The notes: generated by a model from the letters alone, not told the origin. A DNA stretch of 64,000 nt from Candidatus Bathyarchaeota archaeon (GCA_963828195.1 CAWHDT010000002.1:1-64000); one strand, 5' to 3'; counted from the first letter of the stretch, positions 9,339 to 19,893 are shown. Numbers and translations are program-made.

Positions 9339-9431
9339 GTTAGGCGGGTCTGGCTGCTAACACGCGGTAAAACGATGCCCCTTAAGTTTTTATCGTTTAC
9401 CGTTGTCAGCACCTGGCTAAATCCGCTTAAC
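9339..9431. repeat. Long imperfect inverted repeat (hairpin) upstream of cdc6
   Basis: GTTAGGCGGGTCTGGC pairs with GCTAAATCCGCTTAAC; inner TGCTAACACGCGGTAAAACGAT pairs with ATCGTTTACCGTTGTCAGCA. Confidence 0.6.
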
Positions 9432-9503
9432 CCCCCTTTTGCCCCTATTGAAAAATTATTGCATCACTTTTCACTTTCTTGAGCATTCAATTTTAAGTGA
9501 AAT

Positions 9504-12500
9504 TTACCGCTTTACATTTGGGTTGGGTAGGCGAATAATGAATTTGGTGCCTTTGCCAATTTGGCTTTCAAAGGTCACGGTGCCGCCTAAAGCTTCAGTC
9601 ATGCGTTTAACTACAGCTAAGCCAAAGCCCTGCCCCTTGGATTTGGTAGTGAATAACGGCGTGAACAGCTTGTCTTTTGCTTCTTCGGGTACGCCGACGC
9701 CTGTGTCCTCAACTGTTATGATTGAGTCGTCTGCTTCTCTGCATGCTTCTATAGTTAGTTTGCCTCCTTTAGGCATCGCTTGAACCGCATTAATTATCAA
9801 GTTGCCGAAAATACGCTTCAAAATATCCGGATCAGCCATCACTACAGCAGCTTCTTTCTGCACCTTAACTTGAACCTTAACGTTTTCTGGAACAACGTTT
9901 TTGGAGACCAGTTCACTCATCAGCTTTTGAAGGTCTGTTTCTCGGGCAACTGGCCTGAGGGTTTTAGTGTAGTCCTGCAGGTCAGACACAATTTTGTTGA
10001 TGTAATCAATGTTCTTTTCAATCTCCGCCAGATTATCTAAAGCATTGTTTTTCTCATCGCTGTCAGGCATCGAAGATAACTCTGTCTTTGCCAAGTAAAC
10101 ATCGCTGGTTATAGCCTGCAATGGATTGCGAATATCGTGTCCAACCATGCCCGCTGTGGCGCCGATTGCAGCCAACCGCTCAGCACCCTTCAGCTGCTCA
10201 GCTCTCTGATTTGCGAGCTGCTCCATTTGATTAGCATATTCTTCAACTCGAACCGCTGAGTCTTCAAGCTTAACCTGCAACTCTACCCGATCAGTAATGT
10301 CCACGTTCGACTCAAACGTCTCAAGTATTTTGCCATCCGCGTCAAATTTCGCCAACCAAAAAGTTTGCACGGCCACCTTCTTTCCTTCTTTGCTTGTATG
10401 GACGATTTCTCCGGACCATTTTCCGTCTTGCCTGAGCTTTTCAAGAATTTCCTCAATGGGGTATGGAAATTTCGTCTTTAACAGCATGTTGATATCTAGT
10501 CCAACGGCTTCGTTTTTTGTCCAACCATAAAGTTTCTCTGCGCCCATACTCCAAAAAGTAATTACTCCATCTGGCATCCGCACGATTATGGCGTCTGGGC
10601 TGAGGTCGATGAGCGAAGCTTGCTTTCGCAATGTTTCTTCAGCCTCGTCTCTTTTCTTTCGCAGCCTCAACATCTCGACACCGTACGAGAAGTCATTTGA
10701 AAGTTCCGTTAGAAGTTTCACTTCTTCATCAGTGAAGGGATCTGATTCTTTGCTGTAAATGTTTAATGCACCGAACGTGTTGCCCTCAACTGAAGTTAAG
10801 GGAAGAACAAATGATGCGGTGTAGCCTCTTTTGAGAGCTGCCGGTCGCCAAGGCTCAAAGTTGGGGTCGATTTGCATGTTCTTGCAGATGTAGGGTTTTC
10901 CTGTTCTGATTACTGTGCCTGTTGGTCCGTGACCACTTTTTGAGTTTTCATCCCAAGTGACATTTAGTGCATCGATGTAACCCTGGTCAAAACCAGCGAA
11001 AGCAACTGGGCGCACGGTTTTATGCCGATCGTGTTCTGCGAAGCCAACCCATACAAGCGCGTAGCCGCAGTCATTAACAACTATGTTGCAGACTTCCTGG
11101 GTGAATTTCTCTTCGTCTGTGGCGTGCATGAGGGCTTGGTTGCTGTTGCTTACGGCTTTCAGGTGGCGGTTAAGTTTACGTAACGCTTCTTCGCTTTGCT
11201 TGCGCTCAGTGATGTCCTCAAATATAGCTGCGAAATACCCTTTCATTGGACAATACACAGAAACACATAGCCACATGCTTAGAGGCTTGAAAAATATTTC
11301 AAACTTTTCTTTCTTACAGGTCAGTGCGACTCTTCCGTAAATTTCAAACAGTTCCGGATTTGCTTTTTCAGTTCCAGGTATCGCTTCCGTAACTTTCTTT
11401 CCTACCACGGTTTCTCTTTTCAGCCCAGTTATTCTTTCGAAGGAATCATTAATTTGAAGATAAACAAAGTCAACAGGCTTGTTATTTTCATCGAAAATCA
11501 TTTTGCAGTAAGCAAAACCATCAATCATGTTGGCGAATAAAGAGCTGTATTCTTCCTGGCTTTTTCTTAATGCCTCGTCAGCCAGAGTTCTCGACAAAGC
11601 TAAAGCCAAATGGTCGGCTATCCGCTCCCACGTCTGAACTGTTTCAAGCGTAAACATGTTCTTGCGCTTATCATTCAGTTGAAGCAACCCCAACCGATTC
11701 TCTCCAACCCGCAACGCAAGCAGCGCCACCGACTCGTACCCTTCACCGTTGCAACGGTTACGCGTGTTCGCTTGGCGGTCGGCATCGGTTGTTGTGGCAA
11801 TAAGTCGTGTGGTATCGTTTGCCCAAAAACTGCCTTTTTCAGTGAAGAACTTTTTTGAGGGGTCAAATCTTCCGCATAAAATGTTTCCGCACATGCATTC
11901 GATAACTAGGTCGCCTTTGAAGTCTCGAATTATACATCCAGCCTCGTCTCTGGCGCAAAGGTTATTCTCGAGCAGGACATGTTCAGCCGGAACCCCTTTC
12001 GTTTCATAATACGGATAATCGTCCCCCTCTTTCAGCCTGATGCCAACTGCCTCACACCCAGACTGTTTCTGGAAGAAACCCAAAGTCGCCTTAACCAACC
12101 CTCGGGTGTCAGTGCATGTGTTTGTGATTCTTAGGAACTCAATCATAATTTCGCGTTCAGCTTCAGATTTCTTGCGTTCGGTAATGTCATTGGCGTAAAT
12201 GTTTACGTAGCCCGCAGCAGTAACTGGAGCCAACAAAAACGAAAACGTCTCAGCGCCAAACGTTTCCTCAAACTCAATGCGTCTGTTAGATGCTAAGGCG
12301 TCAGCTACACGTTGACTCATGTACTCAGGCGCAGATTCACCAGCTTTGCATTTCCACCCAGTCAAAAAAGAAGCTCCAGCCTGGTTACAATAGAGAATCG
12401 TGCCTTTTCCGTTAATGCGAAATACGGGATTAGGATTCTCCGAGGGAAACTTTGCCAAATTTTCAATTTCGCACTCTTGTTTCTTACGCTCAGTAATGTC

Positions 12501-14018
12501 GCGGAACACAAGCACGACACCTGCGGTTTTGCCGGCTTTATCTTTTATGGGTGCTCCACTATCGTCTATAGGAACTTCCGAGCCGTCTTTACGGATGAGG
12601 GTTGTGTGGTTAGCTAAGCCAACAACTATGCCTTCTTTGAGAACCTTGTCTATTGGATTTTCAGCCTTTAAACGGGTCTGCTCGTTAACTATGTTGAACA
12701 CTTCCGTCACCGGCTTCTGCGAAGCCTCGCTAAGTGTCCAGCCAGTCAATTCCTCCGCCTTCCCGTTAATGAAAGTGACTTTTCCCAGCGTATCAGTTGC
12801 TATAACCGCATCGCCGATACTTGCCAAGGTAGTTGACCAGCGTTGCTCACTTTCCCGCAATGTCTCTTCAGCTTTTTTGCGGTCAGTGATGTTTCTGGCT
12901 ACATGTACTGACCCAACTACGCATCCCTTTTCGTCTCTAAGAGGCGTAGTGCTCACTAAGAAGTCGCCGCCGAGGCGGGGTTCATGCACTTCGGCGATGT
13001 GCTCTTTGCCGTCCTGAAGGGTTTTAGCGTGAGGGCAGAATCCAGGCGGGCAGTCGGTTCCATGAACACAAGTGTAACAGAGAAGTCCGATGGCTTTTTC
13101 CGGGGTGACGCCTAACTGCCGTGCCATGGCTCGGTTTGCACGCACAATTCTATGTTGGTTATCAAGGACAGCTATGAAGTCGGGGACACTGTCGAAAGTG
13201 CGTTCCCAATCGTTCTTTGCCTGCCAAAGCTCTTGCTCAGCTTTTTTGCGCTCCGTTATATCGGTCGCCAAAACAGTGATCCCTTCAGTCGAGGGATAGA
13301 CTGTTACATCAAACCAGGCGTCAGCGTATTTCCCCGGCATTTCGAACTTTCGAATCTCTCTTTTTTCCATTGCTGCACGCAAGTTCTCAGCAAGAGGCGT
13401 TTCGACATGTTTCGGAAATACAACCCAAAAGTTCTTTCCGATAAAATCTTCAGGTTTCATGCCTACAAAATCAGTGGTTTTCTTGTTTGCATAAACAAAA
13501 TTCCAGTTGTGGTCAAGCACATAGAAAGAATCTTTAATGCTTTCCAGACTCTCAGTTATCATCTGGTTGCTTCGTTTAATAGTCTCTTCAATTTTCTTGA
13601 GATCTGTTATATCCTCAAATAAAGCCACAAAATAGCCCTTCTCAGGACAATAAGCTGAGACATTATACCACTTGCCAAGGGGCTCAGCGTGATTCACAAA
13701 CTGCACGGGCTCACCCGTTAATGCAACTTTGCCGTAAACCCCAATCCAATCTGCAGGATCTTTCTCTATGCCTGGAAGAACCTCTGTTACTTTCTTGCCA
13801 ATGATTTGCGTTCTTTTTAGCCCAGTCATTTTTTCGAAGGCGTGATTAACCTCAAGAAATACGTAGTCAATCGGTTTTCCTGCCTTGTCAACGACAATTT
13901 TGTGATAGGCGAAGGCATCCATCATCTTATCGAAAAACATGTCAAACTGTCTGCGATCGCCGCCGAGAGCTTTTGCCCATCCACTAGCTAAAGTGTCTGA
14001 TGACATAAGTAGGCTCAA
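9504..14018 (-). CDS. Soluble multi-PAS/GAF sensor histidine kinase
   Basis: Many PAS/PAC ends (DITERKK), two GAF-like segments, H-box GHDIRNPL, N-box NLIINAVQAM, G boxes DTGVG and GQGFGL. Confidence 0.95.
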   Translation of the reverse strand: MSLLMSSDTLASGWAKALGGDRRQFDMFFDKMMDAFAYHKIVVDKAGKPIDYVFLEVNHAFEKMTGLKRTQIIGKKVTEVLPGIEKDPADWIGVYGKVALTGEPVQFVNHAEPLGKWYNVSAYCPEKGYFVALFEDITDLKKIEETIKRSNQMITESLESIKDSFYVLDHNWNFVYANKKTTDFVGMKPEDFIGKNFWVVFPKHVETPLAENLRAAMEKREIRKFEMPGKYADAWFDVTVYPSTEGITVLATDITERKKAEQELWQAKNDWERTFDSVPDFIAVLDNQHRIVRANRAMARQLGVTPEKAIGLLCYTCVHGTDCPPGFCPHAKTLQDGKEHIAEVHEPRLGGDFLVSTTPLRDEKGCVVGSVHVARNITDRKKAEETLRESEQRWSTTLASIGDAVIATDTLGKVTFINGKAEELTGWTLSEASQKPVTEVFNIVNEQTRLKAENPIDKVLKEGIVVGLANHTTLIRKDGSEVPIDDSGAPIKDKAGKTAGVVLVFRDITERKKQECEIENLAKFPSENPNPVFRINGKGTILYCNQAGASFLTGWKCKAGESAPEYMSQRVADALASNRRIEFEETFGAETFSFLLAPVTAAGYVNIYANDITERKKSEAEREIMIEFLRITNTCTDTRGLVKATLGFFQKQSGCEAVGIRLKEGDDYPYYETKGVPAEHVLLENNLCARDEAGCIIRDFKGDLVIECMCGNILCGRFDPSKKFFTEKGSFWANDTTRLIATTTDADRQANTRNRCNGEGYESVALLALRVGENRLGLLQLNDKRKNMFTLETVQTWERIADHLALALSRTLADEALRKSQEEYSSLFANMIDGFAYCKMIFDENNKPVDFVYLQINDSFERITGLKRETVVGKKVTEAIPGTEKANPELFEIYGRVALTCKKEKFEIFFKPLSMWLCVSVYCPMKGYFAAIFEDITERKQSEEALRKLNRHLKAVSNSNQALMHATDEEKFTQEVCNIVVNDCGYALVWVGFAEHDRHKTVRPVAFAGFDQGYIDALNVTWDENSKSGHGPTGTVIRTGKPYICKNMQIDPNFEPWRPAALKRGYTASFVLPLTSVEGNTFGALNIYSKESDPFTDEEVKLLTELSNDFSYGVEMLRLRKKRDEAEETLRKQASLIDLSPDAIIVRMPDGVITFWSMGAEKLYGWTKNEAVGLDINMLLKTKFPYPIEEILEKLRQDGKWSGEIVHTSKEGKKVAVQTFWLAKFDADGKILETFESNVDITDRVELQVKLEDSAVRVEEYANQMEQLANQRAEQLKGAERLAAIGATAGMVGHDIRNPLQAITSDVYLAKTELSSMPDSDEKNNALDNLAEIEKNIDYINKIVSDLQDYTKTLRPVARETDLQKLMSELVSKNVVPENVKVQVKVQKEAAVVMADPDILKRIFGNLIINAVQAMPKGGKLTIEACREADDSIITVEDTGVGVPEEAKDKLFTPLFTTKSKGQGFGLAVVKRMTEALGGTVTFESQIGKGTKFIIRLPNPNVKR

Positions 14019-14105
14019 CCATTAAATAACCAAAGATACTGAAGTCTGAAATATAAAAATACGCTTATTTGTTATTTTAAATGCAGCCTCAGAAATTTCT
14101 TAAAC

Positions 14106-14825
14106 CTAATTATTGTCTTTTCTTGAGCTTAACAGGGCAATTAAAAAGTAAACGGTTGCAACGTAAAGGCCTATTCTTCCTGTCCAAACCACAATATCGC
14201 TAAATCGGATCTGCAAAGTGATACCAAACGAACCGATTGCGTCCAACACCAACGCTAAGGTGTACCAATACAGCACGTTTGATTTTGACTTAAAGTACTG
14301 CCTTAGAAAAAGCACGCTGCTTAACGAAAAGAGGAGAACTGCAGTTGAGAAAACTATTTGGTCAGTTAAAGTCACGCCTTTTCCGTTAACGAAAAAAGTT
14401 GGAAAAACCTTGAGCACAGTCAACACAGAAAATAATCCGCTTAGGGCAACTGCAGCTACGCAGGCTAACGTCAACCTGACGTTTCGATGCTCAGAGCCGA
14501 TGGCGACGGAGCGGAAAGAAGCCTGAAATGAAGCGAAGAGCTGCAAAGCCGAAAACAAAAGCAAATCAAGGCCATTAAGGGTTACTCCCCAGTTAGCTGA
14601 AGAGTTTGAGAGCCACCCTATTATAGCGCTCACAATAGAAATATAGACAAACGCCGCTGTAATAATCAGAAGCGTTAGAGATCCCGTAAGCAAGTAACCT
14701 TTCGCCGAAAGATAAGCCACAGCAGAGCAGATTACTGCCACGAGTACGACATTGAGTCCTATCCTCAGATAAAGGGGATTAAAAACGTAATGGCCTCTCA
14801 AGCCCAGAGCAAGCTCAAGAACCAA
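14106..14825 (-). CDS. Standalone multi-TM membrane protein, possible MASE-type sensor domain
   Basis: About seven TM helices; directly upstream of and co-oriented with the soluble kinase; the frame extends about 50 nt further 5' without a canonical start. Confidence 0.55.
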   Translation of the reverse strand: MVLELALGLRGHYVFNPLYLRIGLNVVLVAVICSAVAYLSAKGYLLTGSLTLLIITAAFVYISIVSAIIGWLSNSSANWGVTLNGLDLLLFSALQLFASFQASFRSVAIGSEHRNVRLTLACVAAVALSGLFSVLTVLKVFPTFFVNGKGVTLTDQIVFSTAVLLFSLSSVLFLRQYFKSKSNVLYWYTLALVLDAIGSFGITLQIRFSDIVVWTGRIGLYVATVYFLIALLSSRKDNN

Positions 14826-15088
14826 TGAAAGCGCAATGGCAACAATGGGGATAAGACCTGCATATTTGTTTATACTTTTTCAGCCTTCGTGTGCGTACAA
14901 CAAAACTATTCGTCAACATGCCATATTAGCCTTTCCTGAAAACAGGCAATGGCTCCGTTCTCAATCACAGGGAACCCGAGTTCTGATTAATATTGGCAGT
15001 TCATAACGCTTTAGTAGATTCTTTGCTTAATTTAAGACCGCTTTCAAAAACAGTATCAATCATTGGCGCCAAGCAGGGAAAAAGCGAG

Positions 15089-15493
15089 TTGGCAGAACTA
15101 ATTAAAGAAGAGAATTTTGATCAAATATTACTGGAAGCTATTGACGAAGGATTATCAGGTCTCGGCGAAGCTGGGAAAGCCTCGATTTACATTCACCTTG
15201 AAGCAATCTTCAACATCAGAAAACAGGAAATACCCAATAAACTGGATGTTTTCTCGACCGCACTGCAGCGGATTTTCGGTTTGGGAGCCCCACAGCTGGA
15301 GAACTTGATCATGAAGCATCTTAATGCAAAAGTCGGGAGTCTATGCAGATTAGACGACCCCAATCGTCTTGCCCAGAACTTGACTTTCACAAAATACGTT
15401 GAACTGATGAAGCTTAGCTACAGAAAAGAGGAAAAAATTGAAAAAATGGAGTTTCTGATAAATGCTGGAGAACAACAAGAACAACAGACTTGA
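15089..15493 (+). CDS. Archaeal signalling-associated small protein (DUF3227/NitrOD-like)
   Basis: LLEAIDEGLS.LGE.....IY.HL...F.I....IP.....F..AL..IFG.GA..LE pattern; overlaps the kinase start. Confidence 0.6.
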   Translation: MAELIKEENFDQILLEAIDEGLSGLGEAGKASIYIHLEAIFNIRKQEIPNKLDVFSTALQRIFGLGAPQLENLIMKHLNAKVGSLCRLDDPNRLAQNLTFTKYVELMKLSYRKEEKIEKMEFLINAGEQQEQQT

Positions 15494-18155
15494 AAATTTC
15501 ACTGTTCTATTGAATCTTATCGCTGACCCTGTGTGCTTAATAGATGAAAAAGGAATCATCTTAGCAGTAAACCAAACCATAAGCCAAATTCTGGGATTTA
15601 GCGAGCAAGAACTAGTTGGAAAAAACGCATTGGATATAGGTTGCTTTGACCAAGAAAACAAAGCCAGCCTTATAAAAAACTTTGAGAAAAGAATGAAGGG
15701 TCTTGACTTAGCGCCCTACGAGGTTGAAGCCACCACCAAAAACGGCGAAATCAAATTATTTGAGGTAAAAGGGAAAAAAATCCGTTATAATAACAAAATC
15801 GTTGATTTAGTGTTGTTACACGACGTAACAGAGCAAAAAAAGAAAACAGAGGAGAGAATTAATCTCTCAGAAGAGAAGTACAGGAACCTTTTCGAAAACG
15901 CACCTGACGTCATTGTTACATTTGATTTATCTGGAAAAATAACTTCGGTGAATAAAGCCATTGTGCAGCACGGCTTTAAGGAAAATGAAATCGTCGGAAG
16001 CGACATATTCGAGCTTGTTCCAAGGGTATACTATCAAAAAATGCTCGCGGGACTAAAAAACCTCGCTGCTGGAAACGCAGCTCAAGGCGAAATCGAAATT
16101 CTAACGCCAAACGGGAAAAGAAGCGCAGAGTACAATAGCAACCCCATATGGCTAAACGGCAAAGTAGTTGGTTATCAAACAATAATTAGAGACACCACTG
16201 AACGCAAACACATGAACCTTAAACTTGGCGAAGCAGAACAGCGTTATCACGCTCTTTTCGATCAGGCGCCACTGGGCGTTTTGGTTATCAACCCTGAAAC
16301 CGCGAAGCCCGTCGAGTTCAACGACGCTGCCCACACTCAGCTGGGTTACTCCAGAGAAGAGTTTTCAAAACTGCGAATCCCAGATTTTGAAGCAAAGGAG
16401 ACAACGGACGAAGTAAACACGCACTTAGCCAGAATGTTGACGGATGGAGGAGGCGAGTTTGAAACCAAGCACCGCACCAAAAACGGAGAGATCAGAGATG
16501 TTCTAGTAACTACCAGGTCAGTTGAATTAAGGGGCAAAACGTTGCTCCACTGCATTTTCCATGACATAACAGAAATCAGAAAAGTGCAAGATGCCCTTAT
16601 GAAAAGCGAATCGCAATATCGCCAGTTAGTTAATGTTGCACAAGAAGGGATTTGGGCATTGGACGACCAATATCGCACGGTTTATGTTAACTCTCGAATT
16701 GCGGAGATGTTGGGATACGTCGAAAGTGAAATGGTTGGAAGAAGTTTTTTTGATTTCATAGATCCCAAGATAGTTGAAATCGCCAAGCGCGATCTGGAGC
16801 AACGGCAACATGGAACGGTAGAACAATTCGAGTATGAGTTTCCGCGAAAAGACGGAACTCATGTATATACGAGCATATCTTCGTCACGGATCAAAGATGA
16901 TGAGGGAAACAGTATTGGAACGCTCGCGTTGGTGGCAGACATCACCGATCGCAAGAAAGCTGAAACATCTCTTAGAAGCTCAGAGGAAAAGTTCCGCAAC
17001 CTCTCCGAACAATCGCCAAACATCATTTTCATCAATCAAAAAGGAAAAGTGGTCTATGCCAACGCTAAAGCCGAGGAAGCCACAGGATACAAGAAGGAAG
17101 AATTCTATTCTCCAAAGTTCGATTTCATGACTTTGATTGCGCAGGAATCCAAAGAGCTCGTGAAGTCGAAATTCATCAAACACATGAAAGGCGAAGAAGT
17201 TCGTCCATACGAATATAAATTAATCACCAAAAAAGGGCAAACAAGAGACGCAATCAACTCTACAAAAGTGATCGATTTCAACGGGGAACAGGCAATTCTG
17301 GGCATAGAAACTGACATTACAGAAAACAAGAGACTGAAAGAAAAACTGGAGCAATACTCCATGCATCTTGAAAGCTTGGTCAAGAAGAGAACTGTGCAGC
17401 TCGAGCAAACCCAAGCTCAACTTGTCAAATCCGAACGGTTAGCGGCTATCGGCGAGTTGGCAGGCATGGTGGTTCATGATTTGCGTAATCCGCTGACGGG
17501 CATCAAAAACGCTGCCTACTTCTTGAAGAAAAAAGGGAACTCTTGTACCGAAGCTCAATCTAAAGAGATGCTTGAAATCATCGATAAAGCAATTGATCAT
17601 GCAAACAAAATCGTCAGTGACTTGCTGGACTACTCAAGAGAGATGCATCTGGAACTCACAGAAGTTGAGACGTCTGCGCTTTTGAATGAGGCAGTGCGGA
17701 TGATTCAGGTTCCAGACAGGGTGCAAATCGTAAACCATGTTCTTGGAGAGACCTGGTTTAGGGTTGACGCTGACAAGATGATGCGGGTTTTCATAAACCT
17801 CATAAAAAACGCGATAGACGCCATGCCTGAAAAGGGAACGCTCGAAATCAGAAGTCGCCAGATGGGAGGACAGGTGGAAATTGCTTTCGCTGACACGGGC
17901 GTAGGTATATCTGACGAGGTTTTGCCGAAGATTTTCTCGCCGTTGTTCACAACTAAAGCGACGGGCATGGGATTTGGATTAGCCATATGCAAACGCGTCA
18001 TAGAGTCGCATAGGGGCACGATAACGGTGAAAACAACCTTGAACAAAGGAACAACGTTCACGATAACTTTGCCTATTAAACCGAAGTTGGATGGAGGTGA
18101 AAAAACATGGATAAGCATGCCAGAATCCTTGTTGTTGACGACGATGAAAGCATAA
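15462..18155 (+). CDS. Multi-PAS sensor histidine kinase
   Basis: Five PAS/PAC units, H-box VHDLRNPL, NLIKNAIDAM, DTGVG, GMGFGL. Confidence 0.95.
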   Translation: MLENNKNNRLENFTVLLNLIADPVCLIDEKGIILAVNQTISQILGFSEQELVGKNALDIGCFDQENKASLIKNFEKRMKGLDLAPYEVEATTKNGEIKLFEVKGKKIRYNNKIVDLVLLHDVTEQKKKTEERINLSEEKYRNLFENAPDVIVTFDLSGKITSVNKAIVQHGFKENEIVGSDIFELVPRVYYQKMLAGLKNLAAGNAAQGEIEILTPNGKRSAEYNSNPIWLNGKVVGYQTIIRDTTERKHMNLKLGEAEQRYHALFDQAPLGVLVINPETAKPVEFNDAAHTQLGYSREEFSKLRIPDFEAKETTDEVNTHLARMLTDGGGEFETKHRTKNGEIRDVLVTTRSVELRGKTLLHCIFHDITEIRKVQDALMKSESQYRQLVNVAQEGIWALDDQYRTVYVNSRIAEMLGYVESEMVGRSFFDFIDPKIVEIAKRDLEQRQHGTVEQFEYEFPRKDGTHVYTSISSSRIKDDEGNSIGTLALVADITDRKKAETSLRSSEEKFRNLSEQSPNIIFINQKGKVVYANAKAEEATGYKKEEFYSPKFDFMTLIAQESKELVKSKFIKHMKGEEVRPYEYKLITKKGQTRDAINSTKVIDFNGEQAILGIETDITENKRLKEKLEQYSMHLESLVKKRTVQLEQTQAQLVKSERLAAIGELAGMVVHDLRNPLTGIKNAAYFLKKKGNSCTEAQSKEMLEIIDKAIDHANKIVSDLLDYSREMHLELTEVETSALLNEAVRMIQVPDRVQIVNHVLGETWFRVDADKMMRVFINLIKNAIDAMPEKGTLEIRSRQMGGQVEIAFADTGVGISDEVLPKIFSPLFTTKATGMGFGLAICKRVIESHRGTITVKTTLNKGTTFTITLPIKPKLDGGEKTWISMPESLLLTTMKA

Positions 18156-18559
18156 GAAGCACTGTGAAAGCAATCCTTGAGGATGAAGGTTACATCGTGG
18201 ATTTAGCAGTTACCGGAAGAGAAGCAATCAAAAGAGCGGAAGAGACGGTGTACAATGTGGCGCTGATAGATATTCGTTTGCCTGACATGGAAGGAGTAGA
18301 ACTGTTGCAGCTGATGAAGGAGACTGTTCCAAGAACCCGAAAAATAATGATGACGGGCTACCCATCTATGCAGAACGCTATTAATGCCTTGAACAAAAAA
18401 GCTGACGCTTACATGATTAAACCTGTCGATATCGAAAAGTTTCTAAACACACTTAAAGAACAGATAAAGCTGCAGGACAACGAAAGAGAATTTAGCGAGC
18501 AAAAGATAGCTGAATTCATCGAAACCCGCGTAAACACCTTGTCAGCCGCCCACGTCTAG
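18107..18559 (+). CDS. Response regulator (receiver domain with short helical tail)
   Basis: ILVVDDD, DIRLPDMEG, MTG, KP. Confidence 0.95.
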   Translation: MDKHARILVVDDDESIRSTVKAILEDEGYIVDLAVTGREAIKRAEETVYNVALIDIRLPDMEGVELLQLMKETVPRTRKIMMTGYPSMQNAINALNKKADAYMIKPVDIEKFLNTLKEQIKLQDNEREFSEQKIAEFIETRVNTLSAAHV

Positions 18560-18786
18560 CCTCGCAATCAACAAACCTGTTTTATTTATTTCTTGAATTT
18601 TCAACTTTTACGCCGGATTAGCCACTTGTTTATTTCGGTCGATACCCAGGGGCTTGCAGATGGGAGTAGACCTTGAACCTTTACCCTCGGAGCGAAAGGG
18701 GATTTCGTGAGGCATCCCCTCGAAACGTAGTTTGGAAACAAAAAGCTAATTAATACATTCAGCAATCCTTATTTTCCGACACTAAA

Positions 18787-19350
18787 ATGATACCTAAATA
18801 CTTCTTTTTCACAAAAGGAGTTGGCAAACATAAAGAGCAACTCCAATCTTTTGAGTTAGCACTCCGAGATGCAGGCATCCAAATGTGCAATTTGGTTAGC
18901 GTTTCAAGCATTGTGCCTCCTGGATGCGAGCAGTTGACCCGCGAAAAAGGTTTGAAGCTGGTGCAGCCTGGTGAAATCACCTTTGTCGTGATCGCCCGCA
19001 ACTCCACAAATGAACCCCACAGGCTTGTCGCGTCATCCATCGGCGTCGCTATTCCCTCAGGCAAAAACCAGTACGGCTACCTCTCAGAACACCACTCCTA
19101 TGGACAAACAGATGAGTCAGCAGGCGACTACGCTGAAGACCTGGCGGCAACGATGCTTGCAACAACCATGGGCATCCAGTTTGACCCAGAAACAGCATGG
19201 GATGAACGCAAACAGCTCTTCAAAACCACGGGGCTAATCATCAAAACCGCCAACATAACACAGTCAGCGGCAGGCGACAAAAACGGGTTATGGACAACAA
19301 CTGTCGCAGCAGCCGTTTTCGTACCAGAAAATAACAAGCCAAAAGAGTAA
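18787..19350 (+). CDS. pdaD: Pyruvoyl-dependent arginine decarboxylase
   Basis: [21 protein letters not shown] (Ser-Ser autocleavage site), [17 protein letters not shown]. Confidence 0.92.
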   Translation: MIPKYFFFTKGVGKHKEQLQSFELALRDAGIQMCNLVSVSSIVPPGCEQLTREKGLKLVQPGEITFVVIARNSTNEPHRLVASSIGVAIPSGKNQYGYLSEHHSYGQTDESAGDYAEDLAATMLATTMGIQFDPETAWDERKQLFKTTGLIIKTANITQSAAGDKNGLWTTTVAAAVFVPENNKPKE

Positions 19351-19488
19351 CCCAAAGTTTTATTTTCTTCTTTTTAAAAAAGGCGTGACTTCTTATCCCG
19401 CCTCAACAATAAGACAGACAGGGAAGCAGAAAAAATCACCGAAACTATAGAGTTTCCAAAAACATTCACTATAATCGGCAACCTTGCC

Positions 19489-19893
19489 TTGGCACTCTGG
19501 ATTGCATTAGACGCGGTAGCATTCGTGCTCTTCAATGTGGCGGCTGCCGCGGTATTTCTCTTGGTTGCGCTCATCGGCATCTACGGCATACTAAAGTTTC
19601 TAGGCTGCCTCAGACCCTGCTACAACTGCAAAAAATGCACTTTTGGCTTAGGCAGACTATCCGCGTTGTACTTCGGGAAACGCAGCCTAAAAGACTACAA
19701 ACAAACCTACCGCCTAGGCACAGCCATCTTCTTCTACGCCCTAATCGGCCCATTTCCAGCAGCCGTCCTGCTAATTTCCACAATTCAAGTATTCGCAGTC
19801 ACCAAAATTGCGGTGCTACTTTGCCTCTTGTTGGCCTCAATTTACAGGGCCTTAACTTGGCGCACAACCCAAAAACTGCAAAAAAGCAATTAG
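19489..19893 (+). CDS. Four-TM membrane protein with Cys cluster
   Basis: Hydrophobic helices around CLRPCYNCKKC; start uncertain because the frame is open further upstream. Confidence 0.6.
   Translation: MALWIALDAVAFVLFNVAAAAVFLLVALIGIYGILKFLGCLRPCYNCKKCTFGLGRLSALYFGKRSLKDYKQTYRLGTAIFFYALIGPFPAAVLLISTIQVFAVTKIAVLLCLLLASIYRALTWRTTQKLQKSN

Noticed and set aside
9780-13622. Numerous antisense ORFs inside long genes (also within rpoA/rpoB, smc, pepF and thiC)
   Set aside because: Shadow frames of well-supported genes, with no motifs of their own
14920-14980. Two short hairpins in the divergent promoter of the kinase cluster
   Set aside because: Stems are short and match no riboswitch consensus I recognise
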